From: an uncultured bacterium
GTDB lineage: Bacteria > Zixibacteria > MSB-5A5 > GN15 > FEB-12
Direction: 5' to 3'
Assembly: GCA_965603125.1 (NCBI GenBank)
Contig: CBFDBU010000001.1
Location: 39,861 to 103,860, forward strand
DNA length: 64,000 nucleotides
Part shown: positions 9,760-19,920 of the stretch, one piece after another
Position numbering within the stretch: the first letter of the stretch is position 1
Layout of the letters: each line of letters starts with the position of its first letter
The notes under the pieces: model-generated
What the model saw: only the letters and a program-made list of their open reading frames with translations
What the model was told of the DNA's origin: nothing
Databases searched by the model: none
Position numbers and translations under genes: made by a program

Positions 9760-10030
9760 GATTTATCCCTTTCTTCATTATCAGATCAGATGCCCCCCAA
9801 TTGCCACCTCAATCCATTTATCGACATTTGCCAAACTCAAATAAATGATGGAGACTACATCTGTGCTGCAATTGGGCAGAGCATCATTCCGGACGAATGT
9901 AGCCTTGAATACTGATACCACGTGACGGGATTATGAGGCTGATTTATGGCCTATCGCAGAGCAACAGAATCCTCAATTCCTTGTTTTCCTGAAAATTATC
10001 AATTTGAGAATGACGGTGAGCACACGGACG

Positions 10031-10097
10031 GTAGGATCCCACAACCAGAACTGTGGGTCACCGGTCGGTCGCCGAGGCTCCAGCGACTACCACCTAC
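10031..10097. repeat. GTAG-bounded REP-like doublet
   Basis: Begins GTAG and ends CTAC. Two imperfect hairpins (CCCACA..TGTGGG and GTCGC..GCGAC). Confidence 0.5.
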
Positions 10098-10098
10098 G

Positions 10099-10138
10099 AA
10101 AAACAAAAAGGGGACAGGTCGCGTGGACCTGTCCCCTT
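10099..10138 (-). terminator. Rho-independent terminator of the large secreted protein gene
   Basis: 13-bp stem AAGGGGACAGGTC/GACCTGTCCCCTT followed by a T-run on the minus strand. Confidence 0.8.
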
Positions 10139-10161
10139 CAAAATAAGCGTCCCAAGCACGT

Positions 10162-13100
10162 CTATTTTACAAGCATCATCTTCTTCGTCTCGGTGTAGTC
10201 GGTAGTAGTGAGACGGTAGAAATAGATGCCGGAAGTTACCCGGCTGCCGCCGTCATCAACGCCGTGCCAACTCACCTCGTGGTGACCGGCTCCGCAAGTG
10301 CCGTCGACAACTGTGGCTACCCTCTGGCCCAACACGTTATAGACAACCAACTCGACATGCCCAGCCGTCGGCAGGGCGAAGCCGATAGTCGTAACCGGGT
10401 TGAACGGGTTGGGGTAGTTCTGGTGCAGAGTGTAGTCCTCGGGGAGCGGGCCATCGGGGCCGTTCTTGCTGCTGTAACGCTCACCGAGTTCGACACGATT
10501 GCCGTCACCGGCCCAGACGATGTCGGGATAGGTGCGAACGCCGTCGACATACAGCGCCACCGGATCGCCCGCTCGCGGATAGGCTGAGGTCGCTTCATCG
10601 AGATCGTCGAAACCGTAGACCGGAGTGAATTTCAGCAGGCCGTCACGGTAGTGTCCCTGACCGCAGCGGACGCCGTCTTCGGTGTACGCTTCAACAGTCG
10701 AATTCGCCGGCAACTCCTCGCCGTCGAGGGTGATGCCACGGCCATACAACGACATCCAGGCGCGCGAGGGAGCAACGGCCAGCGGCACCGACCTGGCCGG
10801 GGCCTCGCGGCCGGGCGGAGAAATAAATCCCGGATAGACCAGGTAGTCATCGGTAGTGGAACGCACCCAGTAGCCGTGAAGCGGTTTGAGATGGGTGAGC
10901 GTGTTGAACCCCCCCTGGCCGGGCAGCCAGGCAAGGCCGCCGTTCTCGTACCCGAGCGCCACCTGGAGATTGTAAAGAATCGATTCAAACCCGACCTCGA
11001 CAGTATAGACTTCGTCAGGCCAGTAACCGACCATGTTCCATCCCGAATAGATAAAGATGCTCTCGCCGACGTCGATGGGGCCACCGCAGATCTCCAGGGT
11101 GGTGTCACATGCCATCCGGATCCAGTAGCTGTGATAGTAGTCCATGGTTTCCAGAGTCGAGAACTCCGGCAGTCGCGGATCGTAGACGAGGGCTCCCCGG
11201 TGGAAGCTCAGGATAATGTCAACGCTGTCGGCAATCTCCGCGATCGCCTGGGCTACTTCGTCGGCATAATCTACATTCCAGGATATCAGGTTCCAACCCG
11301 CATTCAGCGTGATGTCCAAGCACTGCTGACTGAAGAAGTAACACGCCGGAAAAGAGGCACCGTTGCTTGTCCAGACAATCGCCGGATCAGCAGCCGCCGA
11401 CTGCCCGTTGACCGTGAATGAAATCACGTCGCCCGGCTCGGCCCCTTCGTCTCGCCGAGTGTAGATATCGTCGCGGTAAATCGGCATGAACCCGAAGGAA
11501 CCGTCGCCCTTGACAACGTCCTCACCGCAGATAATACCGTCGGGATCGTAGGCCCTGATGACGTCGCCGGGTGTCATGACCATGTCCTCGAAGATGGGAT
11601 GGTGACAGTACACACTGATCCATTCGTTGGTCGGAATGACTACCTGGCCCTCACCCTCAAAGGGTTTGGCGCCCATGTCGTTTCGCGAGCCGTCCGGATC
11701 GTTGTATACCGGGTCCGGATGTCCGGCGTCAATACACGGGGAGCTCGCAAGCAGCGTGAACTCCGGGCCGAACATCGGATCGGCGCTGATTTCGTGCGGC
11801 GCCGGCGTGGTCTCAAAGTAGTCCTGACCCTGCGTGTTCCAGACATTGTTGTAATCGTGGATAACATTTATGTTGGGGCCACCATAGCTGCGAGCTTGCA
11901 GACCGAACTCGATGTTGCTGCTCATGATGTTGTTGAATATCTGGCAATTCTGGCTTGCATGGTAGGTAAGTCCCGCCGTGTTGTGATACATGGTGTTGTT
12001 GGTGGCCCTGACATTGTGCGCATAGAAACAGATGGCGCCGCGGATTTCGGAGGTGCCTTCGGCGATGTTGTCATAACAGACGTTGTGTGTGATCAGGCCG
12101 TTGCCGCCCTGAATGAATGAGATGGCCGGACCGTTGCCGCTCTTGTTGTTGTAGCACACGTTGTAGGACGCCACAGCATCGCCGCAATAAAGATCGCCCA
12201 GCCGGACGAAGATGCCGCCGCCGGTAATGGGCGTGTAGTTATCGCGGATAATGTTGTGAGTGATGGTCGGCGCACAGTGCTGGAAGAACATCCCGCCACC
12301 GTCATAGGGACCGCGGCAGTTCTGCACGATGCAGTGCGACACCGTAACGCCCAACCCCAGGCAGTAAATGCCACGCGTGTAGTCGCTACCGTCGATGGTG
12401 AATCCTGAAATCAAGGTGCCGGGGCCGCTGCCGGAAGGGATTTCGATCAAGCCATTCGGGAAACCGCCTTGGAAAGCATTACGGAAATCCGCACCCGAGC
12501 GACCGGAGTTCAGGGTGTCGATTTCAGGATATTGGATCGGGTAAAACGGAACGGGGGCTACGATTTTTGTCGCCTCGGCGCCTTCTTCGGAGATAAGAAC
12601 TATCGTCTTGCCGCCGAAATCCAGCGGGCCCGAGTAAACGCCCGGCCCCACGAGAATTGTATCACCGTCGGTGGCCGCGTTAAGGGCGCTGATAATGGTC
12701 GGGTAGTCTGAAGGCACATGGATAACCCCCGGTTCGGGGGGACCGCCCTCAGCCACTAAGAAACAATGCGGGCCGTCCCAGTCCGGGAAAGCGTAGAGAG
12801 CGTCCTGGCCTGCCCATTTCCACACACCGGAAGGCGGGAAGTAGGCGGAGTCCAGGCAGATAGTGCCACCGGCATCCGACTCGTCAATAGGGCCGATCTC
12901 GATAGTGTAGGCAACGTCGTCGAATCCGGCCGGAATGCCCTCGTTGTGGAACACAAAGGCGGCAAAACCGACGGTGTCAGCGTCGGCGCCGTCGATGCTG
13001 AAATTGTTGATGAAAAAGCCGCCGTCGAACTGGGTCATACCCAGGGTTCCGGTGGTGTCACCAACCATAGTGCTCCACTGAGCGGTCTCGGAATAGACCC

Positions 13101-13788
13101 TAAAGCCGTTGGTAATACCGTCGTAAGATCGGTCACCACTGGCCACGCCGAGATGAAAAATCACCGGCTCACCGGTAAGCAGTTCGCCGTTTAGGTTCAT
13201 ACCGTCCACATGGTGAAGCGAGATGCCGGGCCCAGCCGGAGGCGGACCGCCGCCGACCGTAAAGCAGTGGGGACCATCCCAGCCCGGAAATGCGTCCGGC
13301 CCGGCCCACTTCCAGACTCCGGTGGGAGGGAAGAAAGCGGAGTCCAGACAGATAACGGCACCCTCGTAGGCGGCGCTTATCGGGCCTATCTGGATCGTGT
13401 AGGCTACGTCGTCAAAACCTGCCGGCAGGCCCACGTAGACAAACCTGAAAGCGGCAAAGCCGACCGTGTCGGCGCCGGCTCCGTCAAGGCTGAATTCGTT
13501 AATGAAAAAACCGCCATCGAACTGGGTCATACCCAGAGTTCCGGTGGTGTCACCAACCGTAGTGCCCCACTGAGCCGTTTCGGAATAGACCCTGAACCCG
13601 TTGGTTATTCCCCCATGGGAATCTGCATCGCCGGTCACCCGCAGGTGGAACGTGACCGGTACACCCGTTTCAAGTCCACCGAATGAGTTGAGACCGTCAA
13701 CGTGGTCCAATGACAGGCTCTGCCCACCGGCAACACCGAAGGACATGAGGGTAAAAGCCGCCAGCGTAAGCAAGAATCTGACACGCAT
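10162..13788 (-). CDS. Large secreted multidomain protein: two ~155-aa cohesin-like repeats, right-handed beta-helix, Ig-like repeats and a FlgD-Ig/T9SS-type C-terminal domain
   Basis: Signal peptide MRVRFLL (ATG 13788, AAGGAG RBS). VPSDYPTI..GDTILV.PG.Y beta-helix start. SPCIDAG..D.DGSRNDMGA. C-terminal LHQNYPNPFNP...SGIYFYRL...KKMMLVK. Confidence 0.82.
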   Translation of the reverse strand: MRVRFLLTLAAFTLMSFGVAGGQSLSLDHVDGLNSFGGLETGVPVTFHLRVTGDADSHGGITNGFRVYSETAQWGTTVGDTTGTLGMTQFDGGFFINEFSLDGAGADTVGFAAFRFVYVGLPAGFDDVAYTIQIGPISAAYEGAVICLDSAFFPPTGVWKWAGPDAFPGWDGPHCFTVGGGPPPAGPGISLHHVDGMNLNGELLTGEPVIFHLGVASGDRSYDGITNGFRVYSETAQWSTMVGDTTGTLGMTQFDGGFFINNFSIDGADADTVGFAAFVFHNEGIPAGFDDVAYTIEIGPIDESDAGGTICLDSAYFPPSGVWKWAGQDALYAFPDWDGPHCFLVAEGGPPEPGVIHVPSDYPTIISALNAATDGDTILVGPGVYSGPLDFGGKTIVLISEEGAEATKIVAPVPFYPIQYPEIDTLNSGRSGADFRNAFQGGFPNGLIEIPSGSGPGTLISGFTIDGSDYTRGIYCLGLGVTVSHCIVQNCRGPYDGGGMFFQHCAPTITHNIIRDNYTPITGGGIFVRLGDLYCGDAVASYNVCYNNKSGNGPAISFIQGGNGLITHNVCYDNIAEGTSEIRGAICFYAHNVRATNNTMYHNTAGLTYHASQNCQIFNNIMSSNIEFGLQARSYGGPNINVIHDYNNVWNTQGQDYFETTPAPHEISADPMFGPEFTLLASSPCIDAGHPDPVYNDPDGSRNDMGAKPFEGEGQVVIPTNEWISVYCHHPIFEDMVMTPGDVIRAYDPDGIICGEDVVKGDGSFGFMPIYRDDIYTRRDEGAEPGDVISFTVNGQSAAADPAIVWTSNGASFPACYFFSQQCLDITLNAGWNLISWNVDYADEVAQAIAEIADSVDIILSFHRGALVYDPRLPEFSTLETMDYYHSYWIRMACDTTLEICGGPIDVGESIFIYSGWNMVGYWPDEVYTVEVGFESILYNLQVALGYENGGLAWLPGQGGFNTLTHLKPLHGYWVRSTTDDYLVYPGFISPPGREAPARSVPLAVAPSRAWMSLYGRGITLDGEELPANSTVEAYTEDGVRCGQGHYRDGLLKFTPVYGFDDLDEATSAYPRAGDPVALYVDGVRTYPDIVWAGDGNRVELGERYSSKNGPDGPLPEDYTLHQNYPNPFNPVTTIGFALPTAGHVELVVYNVLGQRVATVVDGTCGAGHHEVSWHGVDDGGSRVTSGIYFYRLTTTDYTETKKMMLVK

Positions 13789-14157
13789 GCTTCTCTCCTT
13801 AACTTTGTTTAGTATAGTCTGTATTGTCGCCGATACCATCCGGCACCTGGTTACCTTGCACGGCATAGCATATCTCCCATGTTGGCGAGCACGATATACT
13901 CGTTTGCCCGCGACCCGAGAACTCTATAACAGTCTTCATCACGCTACTGCGGACTGCAAGTTGTGCCATTTGTTCTTCGATCCGGCCCTGTGGCGCAAGG
14001 CAGGTAACCCTGTGCAAGGTTTGGCAATTCCTCTTAGTACATAACCAATATAGACAATCAGCCCCGGCTGTCAAGGGGAAATCGCCCGTATATCAAGCAC
14101 TTGGGATGCTCCGGCAGGAGGCGCTCCGGAACAGGCACCCCAACTGAGCCTGTACTT

Positions 14158-16620
14158 CTAATCTGCTTTCCGGGCAGAAATTACGCCCTTCTCTCGTCTG
14201 GCCGATCCGGCCCTGATCGCGTAGTAGCCAACAACCGCAAACACGTAAATCCAGGTGAGCCAGGAGGCAAGTCTTCCTGTGACATAGCGCTGAGATCGGT
14301 ACTTGAACAAGACCTGCTTTGCGCCGGCGACAACCGGTACCGCCCGGAAACTGCCGTATGCTCGAAGCAGCCTGGCCGGTTCTCCGTCGACAAAGGCGTG
14401 CCAGGCGTCATAGTAATTGTCGGTCATCACCAGGATATGGTTCCGGCGGCAGTCAAGGCCGACCAGTATCGAATCGTTCTCGTAATGGATAATCCAGGCC
14501 GAATCGGTACTCACGCTGTCGGCCGCTAACTCGATACCGGGCTCTTCTTCCAGATAGACCAGCCACCTCAGATCGTCGGTCCCCCTTAGCACCTCGGGAT
14601 AGATCGCTTTCACATCCTCAAACACGCGGCAGGTATCCACCAGGAACACCCGGGGAAAGGCATTCTGGTTGAGCAGGACGTGGCCCTGACCGAAATCGAG
14701 AACGGACGGAATCGGTTTGTCGCCAAAGTACCCCTCGGGTGGTTGCCGGTTCGGCGGGAGGATTATGTACTTGGCGCCGACCAGGTTAAGGAGTCGGGGG
14801 TTGGCCTCGTTGGCAAGCGACGGTCCGCCAAGAAGCTTGTCATACCACTTGAGCTGGTTGCCGTGATAGCCCACGACGACTTCGATGCCGTGGTAGGGAA
14901 GATTGGTGGAGGTGTGCTGACTGAAATTGTGTACGCGGAACTTGCCGGTATCCTTCTTGAAGAACTCGGACAGCACGTTCGGCGTCAAATACGGCCTGGG
15001 GTCAGCCACGTCGATAAAGCGCCTGTTGAAACGAATGCCGTCCACGACCGGGATCAACAACACCAGCAACAGAACGGATACGCCCGCCTTGCGGGATTGA
15101 TACATCCATATGAAGGCAGCGGCCAGACCGGTGAAAAGAAACGCCAGCCAGGCGCCGGATTGAATCGCGGGAAGGTTCATGTAGGCAAGGTCCAACTTGG
15201 TCAGCCCCTGTTGCACGACGATAGTCCCGGCCTCCGCGAAAAACAGGGAGGTCCACAGATCGATCATGCCCCTGCCCCAGGCGCTGAACGCGAGCGCTAA
15301 GAGTGCCAGCAGTCCTGGCACGCCGAAAAGAAGATACCTGAACCTTGTGGCCTGAGCGCCCTTCAAATCGCGTCCGCGGTCCATCACAAACTGCAACCCC
15401 ATCCCCGCCAGCATGGCCACCGAGAACGAGAACAGGAACATTATCATCGACGGCGCCCGCAACGATTTGACCATCGGCACCAGGTGGAAAAACAACCGGA
15501 AAAACGGTGTCGTTGCCCCCAAGGCATAAATAAGGGCGAAAAGGGCCAGCCCACCCAAAAAGTACGCCTCGCGTCGGCGGCTGAAAAACAAACCGATCAG
15601 GGCCGCAAACACAGCGACGATGCCCACCGTCTCGGAGTTGTCCTTGAAGACGTTCTTCCCCCAGTAGAAGGTCCTGACTTTGGAAGTAGTCGTGCCCGCG
15701 AATTCGGGTATCACCAGGGACGCCGCCTCTTCCTCGTGCAGCGACCACGACGTGGCCCAGTCCCAGCCCCTTTTCGAGTCGGAACGGGGGGAATAATTGC
15801 TGGTGTAGAAATAGCCGGGATAGAACTGAACGGCGGAGATCAAAAGCCCGATTATCACGGCGTATGTGGTCAAGAGCGCCGGTCGAAAGACAACCGCCAG
15901 CGACTTTTTCTCACGGTATAGGACAATCAACTTGAACAACGAGTAGAGGCTCACCGCCCAGAGCGAGAAGTAGGCCATCTGCGGGTGCGGGGTCAGAATG
16001 ATCAGGCCGATAGCTACGCCCAGCAGGGAGAAATTGAGCAGCGGCTTTTTTTCGAAACCCCGGTCCAGAAACAGGATCGTCAGGGGAAACAGGCACGTGA
16101 CGAAGATTTTCCCGTCGTGCCATGGGGCCACCAGCGAGACGATATACCCGGCGAACATGTACGAGATGCCCGAGAGCAGCGAGGCCACCCGGGGCAGCTT
16201 GAACTGCCGCGCACAGAGATACGCGAACACGCCCGAGAGGAAGATATGAAGAAGGAGATTGTAGCTGAGCATACGGAAGAGGGAGCCGAAGAACTTCAGA
16301 ACGGAGAGCGGGTACAGGATATCACCATGGAAAGCCTCAACAAACGGGAGACCGCCGAAAATATACGGATTCCACTGTGGCACGGCGCCGTGAGAAAGAA
16401 CGAAATCTACATAGAATGAGCGAAAGAAAATGCCCGCCTGAATCATGTCGGGACTGTAGAAAATGTTGTCGGAAAAAATGAACTCGTGAAAAAGGATTAC
16501 CATCGCCACGAGCAGAACTCCGAACGCCGCCGGCCCAAAATAGGGCGAGGTTTCCGGGTCAAACGTCCTCTTGCGGGCCGTCGTAGCTGCGCGCGCGGTT
16601 GGTTTACGTTTCCTGGCCAC
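14158..16620 (-). CDS. YfhO-family (GT-C fold) integral membrane glycosyltransferase
   Basis: Many TM helices. PQWNPYIFGGLPF, LRAPS, NAFPRVFL and WHAFVDG motifs. Confidence 0.85.
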   Translation of the reverse strand: MARKRKPTARAATTARKRTFDPETSPYFGPAAFGVLLVAMVILFHEFIFSDNIFYSPDMIQAGIFFRSFYVDFVLSHGAVPQWNPYIFGGLPFVEAFHGDILYPLSVLKFFGSLFRMLSYNLLLHIFLSGVFAYLCARQFKLPRVASLLSGISYMFAGYIVSLVAPWHDGKIFVTCLFPLTILFLDRGFEKKPLLNFSLLGVAIGLIILTPHPQMAYFSLWAVSLYSLFKLIVLYREKKSLAVVFRPALLTTYAVIIGLLISAVQFYPGYFYTSNYSPRSDSKRGWDWATSWSLHEEEAASLVIPEFAGTTTSKVRTFYWGKNVFKDNSETVGIVAVFAALIGLFFSRRREAYFLGGLALFALIYALGATTPFFRLFFHLVPMVKSLRAPSMIMFLFSFSVAMLAGMGLQFVMDRGRDLKGAQATRFRYLLFGVPGLLALLALAFSAWGRGMIDLWTSLFFAEAGTIVVQQGLTKLDLAYMNLPAIQSGAWLAFLFTGLAAAFIWMYQSRKAGVSVLLLVLLIPVVDGIRFNRRFIDVADPRPYLTPNVLSEFFKKDTGKFRVHNFSQHTSTNLPYHGIEVVVGYHGNQLKWYDKLLGGPSLANEANPRLLNLVGAKYIILPPNRQPPEGYFGDKPIPSVLDFGQGHVLLNQNAFPRVFLVDTCRVFEDVKAIYPEVLRGTDDLRWLVYLEEEPGIELAADSVSTDSAWIIHYENDSILVGLDCRRNHILVMTDNYYDAWHAFVDGEPARLLRAYGSFRAVPVVAGAKQVLFKYRSQRYVTGRLASWLTWIYVFAVVGYYAIRAGSARREKGVISARKAD

Positions 16621-16623
16621 TGC

Positions 16624-17610
16624 TTAGTCCTTTCGCGAATCCAGCTTGATCGCCAGGGCGATGGCGAAGGCTATTAGTTCTACCACGAGGTTCCATATCC
16701 GTGCTGCCACTGCCAGTCCCGATGCTATCGGCCCGAGAAACGGCGTCAGGACAGTTATCAGCACCCATTCCCGCGCCCCCAGGCCGCCGGGCGAAAAGAC
16801 AAAAAGGTAGCCGATAAGATAGGCCGTGACAAAGGCGCCGATACCTGCCGCCAATGGAATTCCCGGCTTTGCCATGACGCCGTTGATGAAAGTATGAAAG
16901 GCAAGGCCATAGCAGATCCAACAGACGAGGTATCCTCCGTAGACCTGCATGGCAATCTTTCTGCTGAGCTTGAACCGTACCGGTGGCCTTCTCAAGAGGC
17001 CGATTATCCAGTTGAACAGCGCCATTGTTCGGTCGGGAGCAAGCACCAGAAGCCCGGAGAAGCCGAAGGTGGCTATCACAGCCAAGAGCGGCCCCACACC
17101 GAGATTTTCACCCCAGATTCCAGACAGCATGTCAGGAAAAAAGTAAAAGGTGACAAATCCCACCAGGAACGCGGGTGGCAAGCCCAGAAGTGTGGCTACC
17201 CCCCATGAGGCGAAGGCGGTTTCCATGTCAATCTTTATTTTCTTCAGCAGGTACACCATTCCTATCACGGGCCAGAACTTCCCGGGAATGTAGCGGCCCA
17301 GGTTGGCAATGTAGGCGATCTTGAAGCCGTGTCGCAGCGGTACGTTGAAACCGAAAGCACGTATCAACAAGCACCAGACTTTCGAGAAAAGAGCAAAGGC
17401 CAGAAGGTGGAGCGCCACCGACAGGACCAACATCAGCGGATCGAGGGTCCACTGATACCCGGACACCTCGGCCCAGTTGCTCACCAACTGCCGCCCGGCA
17501 AAGTAGATCACGGTGGCGGCCAGCAGGAACTTGACTGCCCTGACGAGATACTTCTTCAAGGGCGATCTCTTAGTCTCGACGTCCGTTCTGTTTTCCTCGT
17601 TTACGCTCAT
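16624..17610 (-). CDS. Flippase-like membrane protein (LPG_synthase_TM family)
   Basis: NLGRYIPGK and PGGLGARE motifs; multi-pass. Confidence 0.82.
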   Translation of the reverse strand: MSVNEENRTDVETKRSPLKKYLVRAVKFLLAATVIYFAGRQLVSNWAEVSGYQWTLDPLMLVLSVALHLLAFALFSKVWCLLIRAFGFNVPLRHGFKIAYIANLGRYIPGKFWPVIGMVYLLKKIKIDMETAFASWGVATLLGLPPAFLVGFVTFYFFPDMLSGIWGENLGVGPLLAVIATFGFSGLLVLAPDRTMALFNWIIGLLRRPPVRFKLSRKIAMQVYGGYLVCWICYGLAFHTFINGVMAKPGIPLAAGIGAFVTAYLIGYLFVFSPGGLGAREWVLITVLTPFLGPIASGLAVAARIWNLVVELIAFAIALAIKLDSRKD

Positions 17611-17646
17611 ATCTCGGTTTTACTGATGATGCCTCCGCCCGCCTCA

Positions 17647-18678
17647 TCAGGCTCGGAAATGGTCCTTTATCTCGCTGCCGGTAATGTATCTGGTCTTAGC
17701 GCCGACGTGCTCGGCCAGTTCAAGGATTGCGCCCAGGTTTGCTTTCATATGCTCCAGGGAATACACCGGATGCATGTTGTCAATGAGCTCGTCCGGGTGA
17801 AGCGGCGTGACGTAGAACACGCTGTCGCGACGGGCCAGGTCCTTCTTCACCTGGCGCAGCATCGGTTTGAACAGGACCGGCTTGCTCGTGATGGTCGATA
17901 TGAAAGCCGGTTTTGACAGAGCGTAACCGAGCTGCCTGATGTCCTTCATTTTTCGCGCGAGAGCTACACCGCTGACCAGACCCCAGACAAACGAACCGGC
18001 CACCGTGTTCGGCGCCTCCAGGAGCGCATAGCTCCCCTCGCTGTCTTTCGGCTCACGCCTGTAGTCGGCCCTTGAGGGGTAGTACGGCCGGGAAGGAGTG
18101 ATCGACCAGTCGTAATAATTTGACATCGACGCCGATCCCTTGCCGGGACGAATCTTCAAACCGGGAAGCGCGCTGATCTCAACTTCGATACCCAGTTCGT
18201 CGAGAGTGGCCAAAGTGCGGTTGTTGTGATAGGCCCAACCCATCCGCACCGTTCTCGGTCGACCGGGAAGGGTGGCCTGATAGGCGGCGTGAGCCTCCCT
18301 GAGCATTTCAACCTGCCACTGGTGATCTTTGTGCTCCTGGTACCATGTTTTCCCGTCCTTCATGCAGCGCCAGAAATGAGGATGCCAGCCAAGTTCATCA
18401 CCGCTCTTCTCAAGTTCCAGGAGGAAGTCGGTATGGTTCTGCAGAATGTAGTCATAGGCGCCGTGTATCTGTCTTATCTGGTGATCCGCCCGAATCAACC
18501 AGGTAAAGGCCGGCGGTTTTCCGTCGCTGTCGGTCAGCCCGTGAAGCTGCTCTTTCGCGCGTGGGATTCCCTCGAGCATTCCACGCCAGCTCAGGCTGCC
18601 GGTCGGTATGTCGCTCACGAAGTAGTCGCGGTCCGGGTCGGTATCACAGCCGATGACAATATAGACTGCCTTCTCCAA
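17647..18678 (-). CDS. Polysaccharide deacetylase-like (NodB/CE4 barrel) protein
   Basis: CDTD, ELGWHPH, RMGW and LHPDE motifs. Confidence 0.65.
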   Translation of the reverse strand: MEKAVYIVIGCDTDPDRDYFVSDIPTGSLSWRGMLEGIPRAKEQLHGLTDSDGKPPAFTWLIRADHQIRQIHGAYDYILQNHTDFLLELEKSGDELGWHPHFWRCMKDGKTWYQEHKDHQWQVEMLREAHAAYQATLPGRPRTVRMGWAYHNNRTLATLDELGIEVEISALPGLKIRPGKGSASMSNYYDWSITPSRPYYPSRADYRREPKDSEGSYALLEAPNTVAGSFVWGLVSGVALARKMKDIRQLGYALSKPAFISTITSKPVLFKPMLRQVKKDLARRDSVFYVTPLHPDELIDNMHPVYSLEHMKANLGAILELAEHVGAKTRYITGSEIKDHFRA

Positions 18679-18725
18679 AGAGTCTCTCCCGACGGGAATC
18701 TCTCCCTATGAGCCGCCGCTTAACA

Positions 18726-19760
18726 TCACCACAAGTTGTCGAGGTCCGAGTCAAAAAACGAAATGTGCATTTTAGCCTTGATTGTCGGCGACATTGCTAT
18801 CAGGTACCGCCGGGAGATATACAGCCCGGCCTTCCAGTATGTTCGCCGATCAGACGCCGCTCCCATCGCCACCACGCCATAGGCCCCCGCGTCATAGGTA
18901 TACTTCACGGCTAACGTCAGAAGGTCGGCCCTGGCAAGTGGCGTTCCGACCAGGTCGCACACCTTGACAAGGTTCATATCCTTGACCCGATGAGTGGCGT
19001 GGCGAAACACGATGTAACCCCCGTCGGAGTGGGTGTAGACATGGTAGTCACGGTTGGGTTGAGTCAATTTGTAGTTAAGGTACTCAGCGTCTCTCTTGCC
19101 ATAGAGTTCATACTGCCGGGAAAGGAGATCGTCCCATTGGGCGTCCCACTCCAACTTAAAGCGATCGATCTTGCGGATTACCCCGTGACTTACTTTCCGT
19201 GACGCTCTGAGCAGCACGTTGGCCGCACGCATCGCTGGAGCGTATATCAGTGATTTGTCTTCGTAGGCCAAAGCCTTCTCCGGTTGCAGGAACCTGGCAT
19301 ACCACCGCGAGCAGTCGGTACGAATGGCGTGACCGCGCCGGATGTATGCTTTCTCAATCCCGGGCACCATACCCACCCCGGCATATTGCCAGGGAGGGTT
19401 CTGCTCGCATCGGGCCAGCAGACCCCTTCCGGCGCTTTTTCGTACCTTGTCATCACTCATGTCCAGTACCAGTGTCACCGCCCAGCCGATCTGCTCGATA
19501 CCCTCACGGCCGCTCCTGGCGCCGTACCTGAACTGGTGAGGTATCTGCGCGATATATCCGACTATCCGGTCCTCGTGCAGGGCCATGAAGCGATAACACT
19601 GCTGCCACCGGATGATGTCGCCCTCACCCAATTCGGGATGATCGCCGCTCCACCGAGTGAGAAAGGCCAGCAGTTCGTTTGTCCGGCTTTCATCGAAATT
19701 CTGTACCGTTACTTCGCTCACGTGTCCCTTCAGGGGCCTATTCGTGTTGCCTTTGGCCAA
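18726..19760 (-). CDS. Hypothetical protein, probable GNAT-fold acyltransferase
   Basis: RIVGY, GRGLL and RDAEYLNYK..P pattern seen in polysaccharide-locus GNAT-like proteins; operon context. Confidence 0.5.
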   Translation of the reverse strand: MAKGNTNRPLKGHVSEVTVQNFDESRTNELLAFLTRWSGDHPELGEGDIIRWQQCYRFMALHEDRIVGYIAQIPHQFRYGARSGREGIEQIGWAVTLVLDMSDDKVRKSAGRGLLARCEQNPPWQYAGVGMVPGIEKAYIRRGHAIRTDCSRWYARFLQPEKALAYEDKSLIYAPAMRAANVLLRASRKVSHGVIRKIDRFKLEWDAQWDDLLSRQYELYGKRDAEYLNYKLTQPNRDYHVYTHSDGGYIVFRHATHRVKDMNLVKVCDLVGTPLARADLLTLAVKYTYDAGAYGVVAMGAASDRRTYWKAGLYISRRYLIAMSPTIKAKMHISFFDSDLDNLW

Positions 19761-19920
19761 TTACCCCGCAATAAACGGAAATCGCGCCCATCTTCAAGCG
19801 AAATGTTGTCGGTGACACCGGGCATGCCGCATGTGAACGCCGGCGCGACAGCGATCGAAAACGTGCATTTTTTGAACGAGAGACAGGGCCGACGCGTTAT
19901 ATTGTAGTAGGGTTCTTGAT

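Noticed and set aside
13860-13915. c-di-GMP-I riboswitch (GGGCAAAC on the minus strand) upstream of the large secreted protein
   Set aside because: Lacks the GAAA-loop P2 and the GACGCAAAGC junction.
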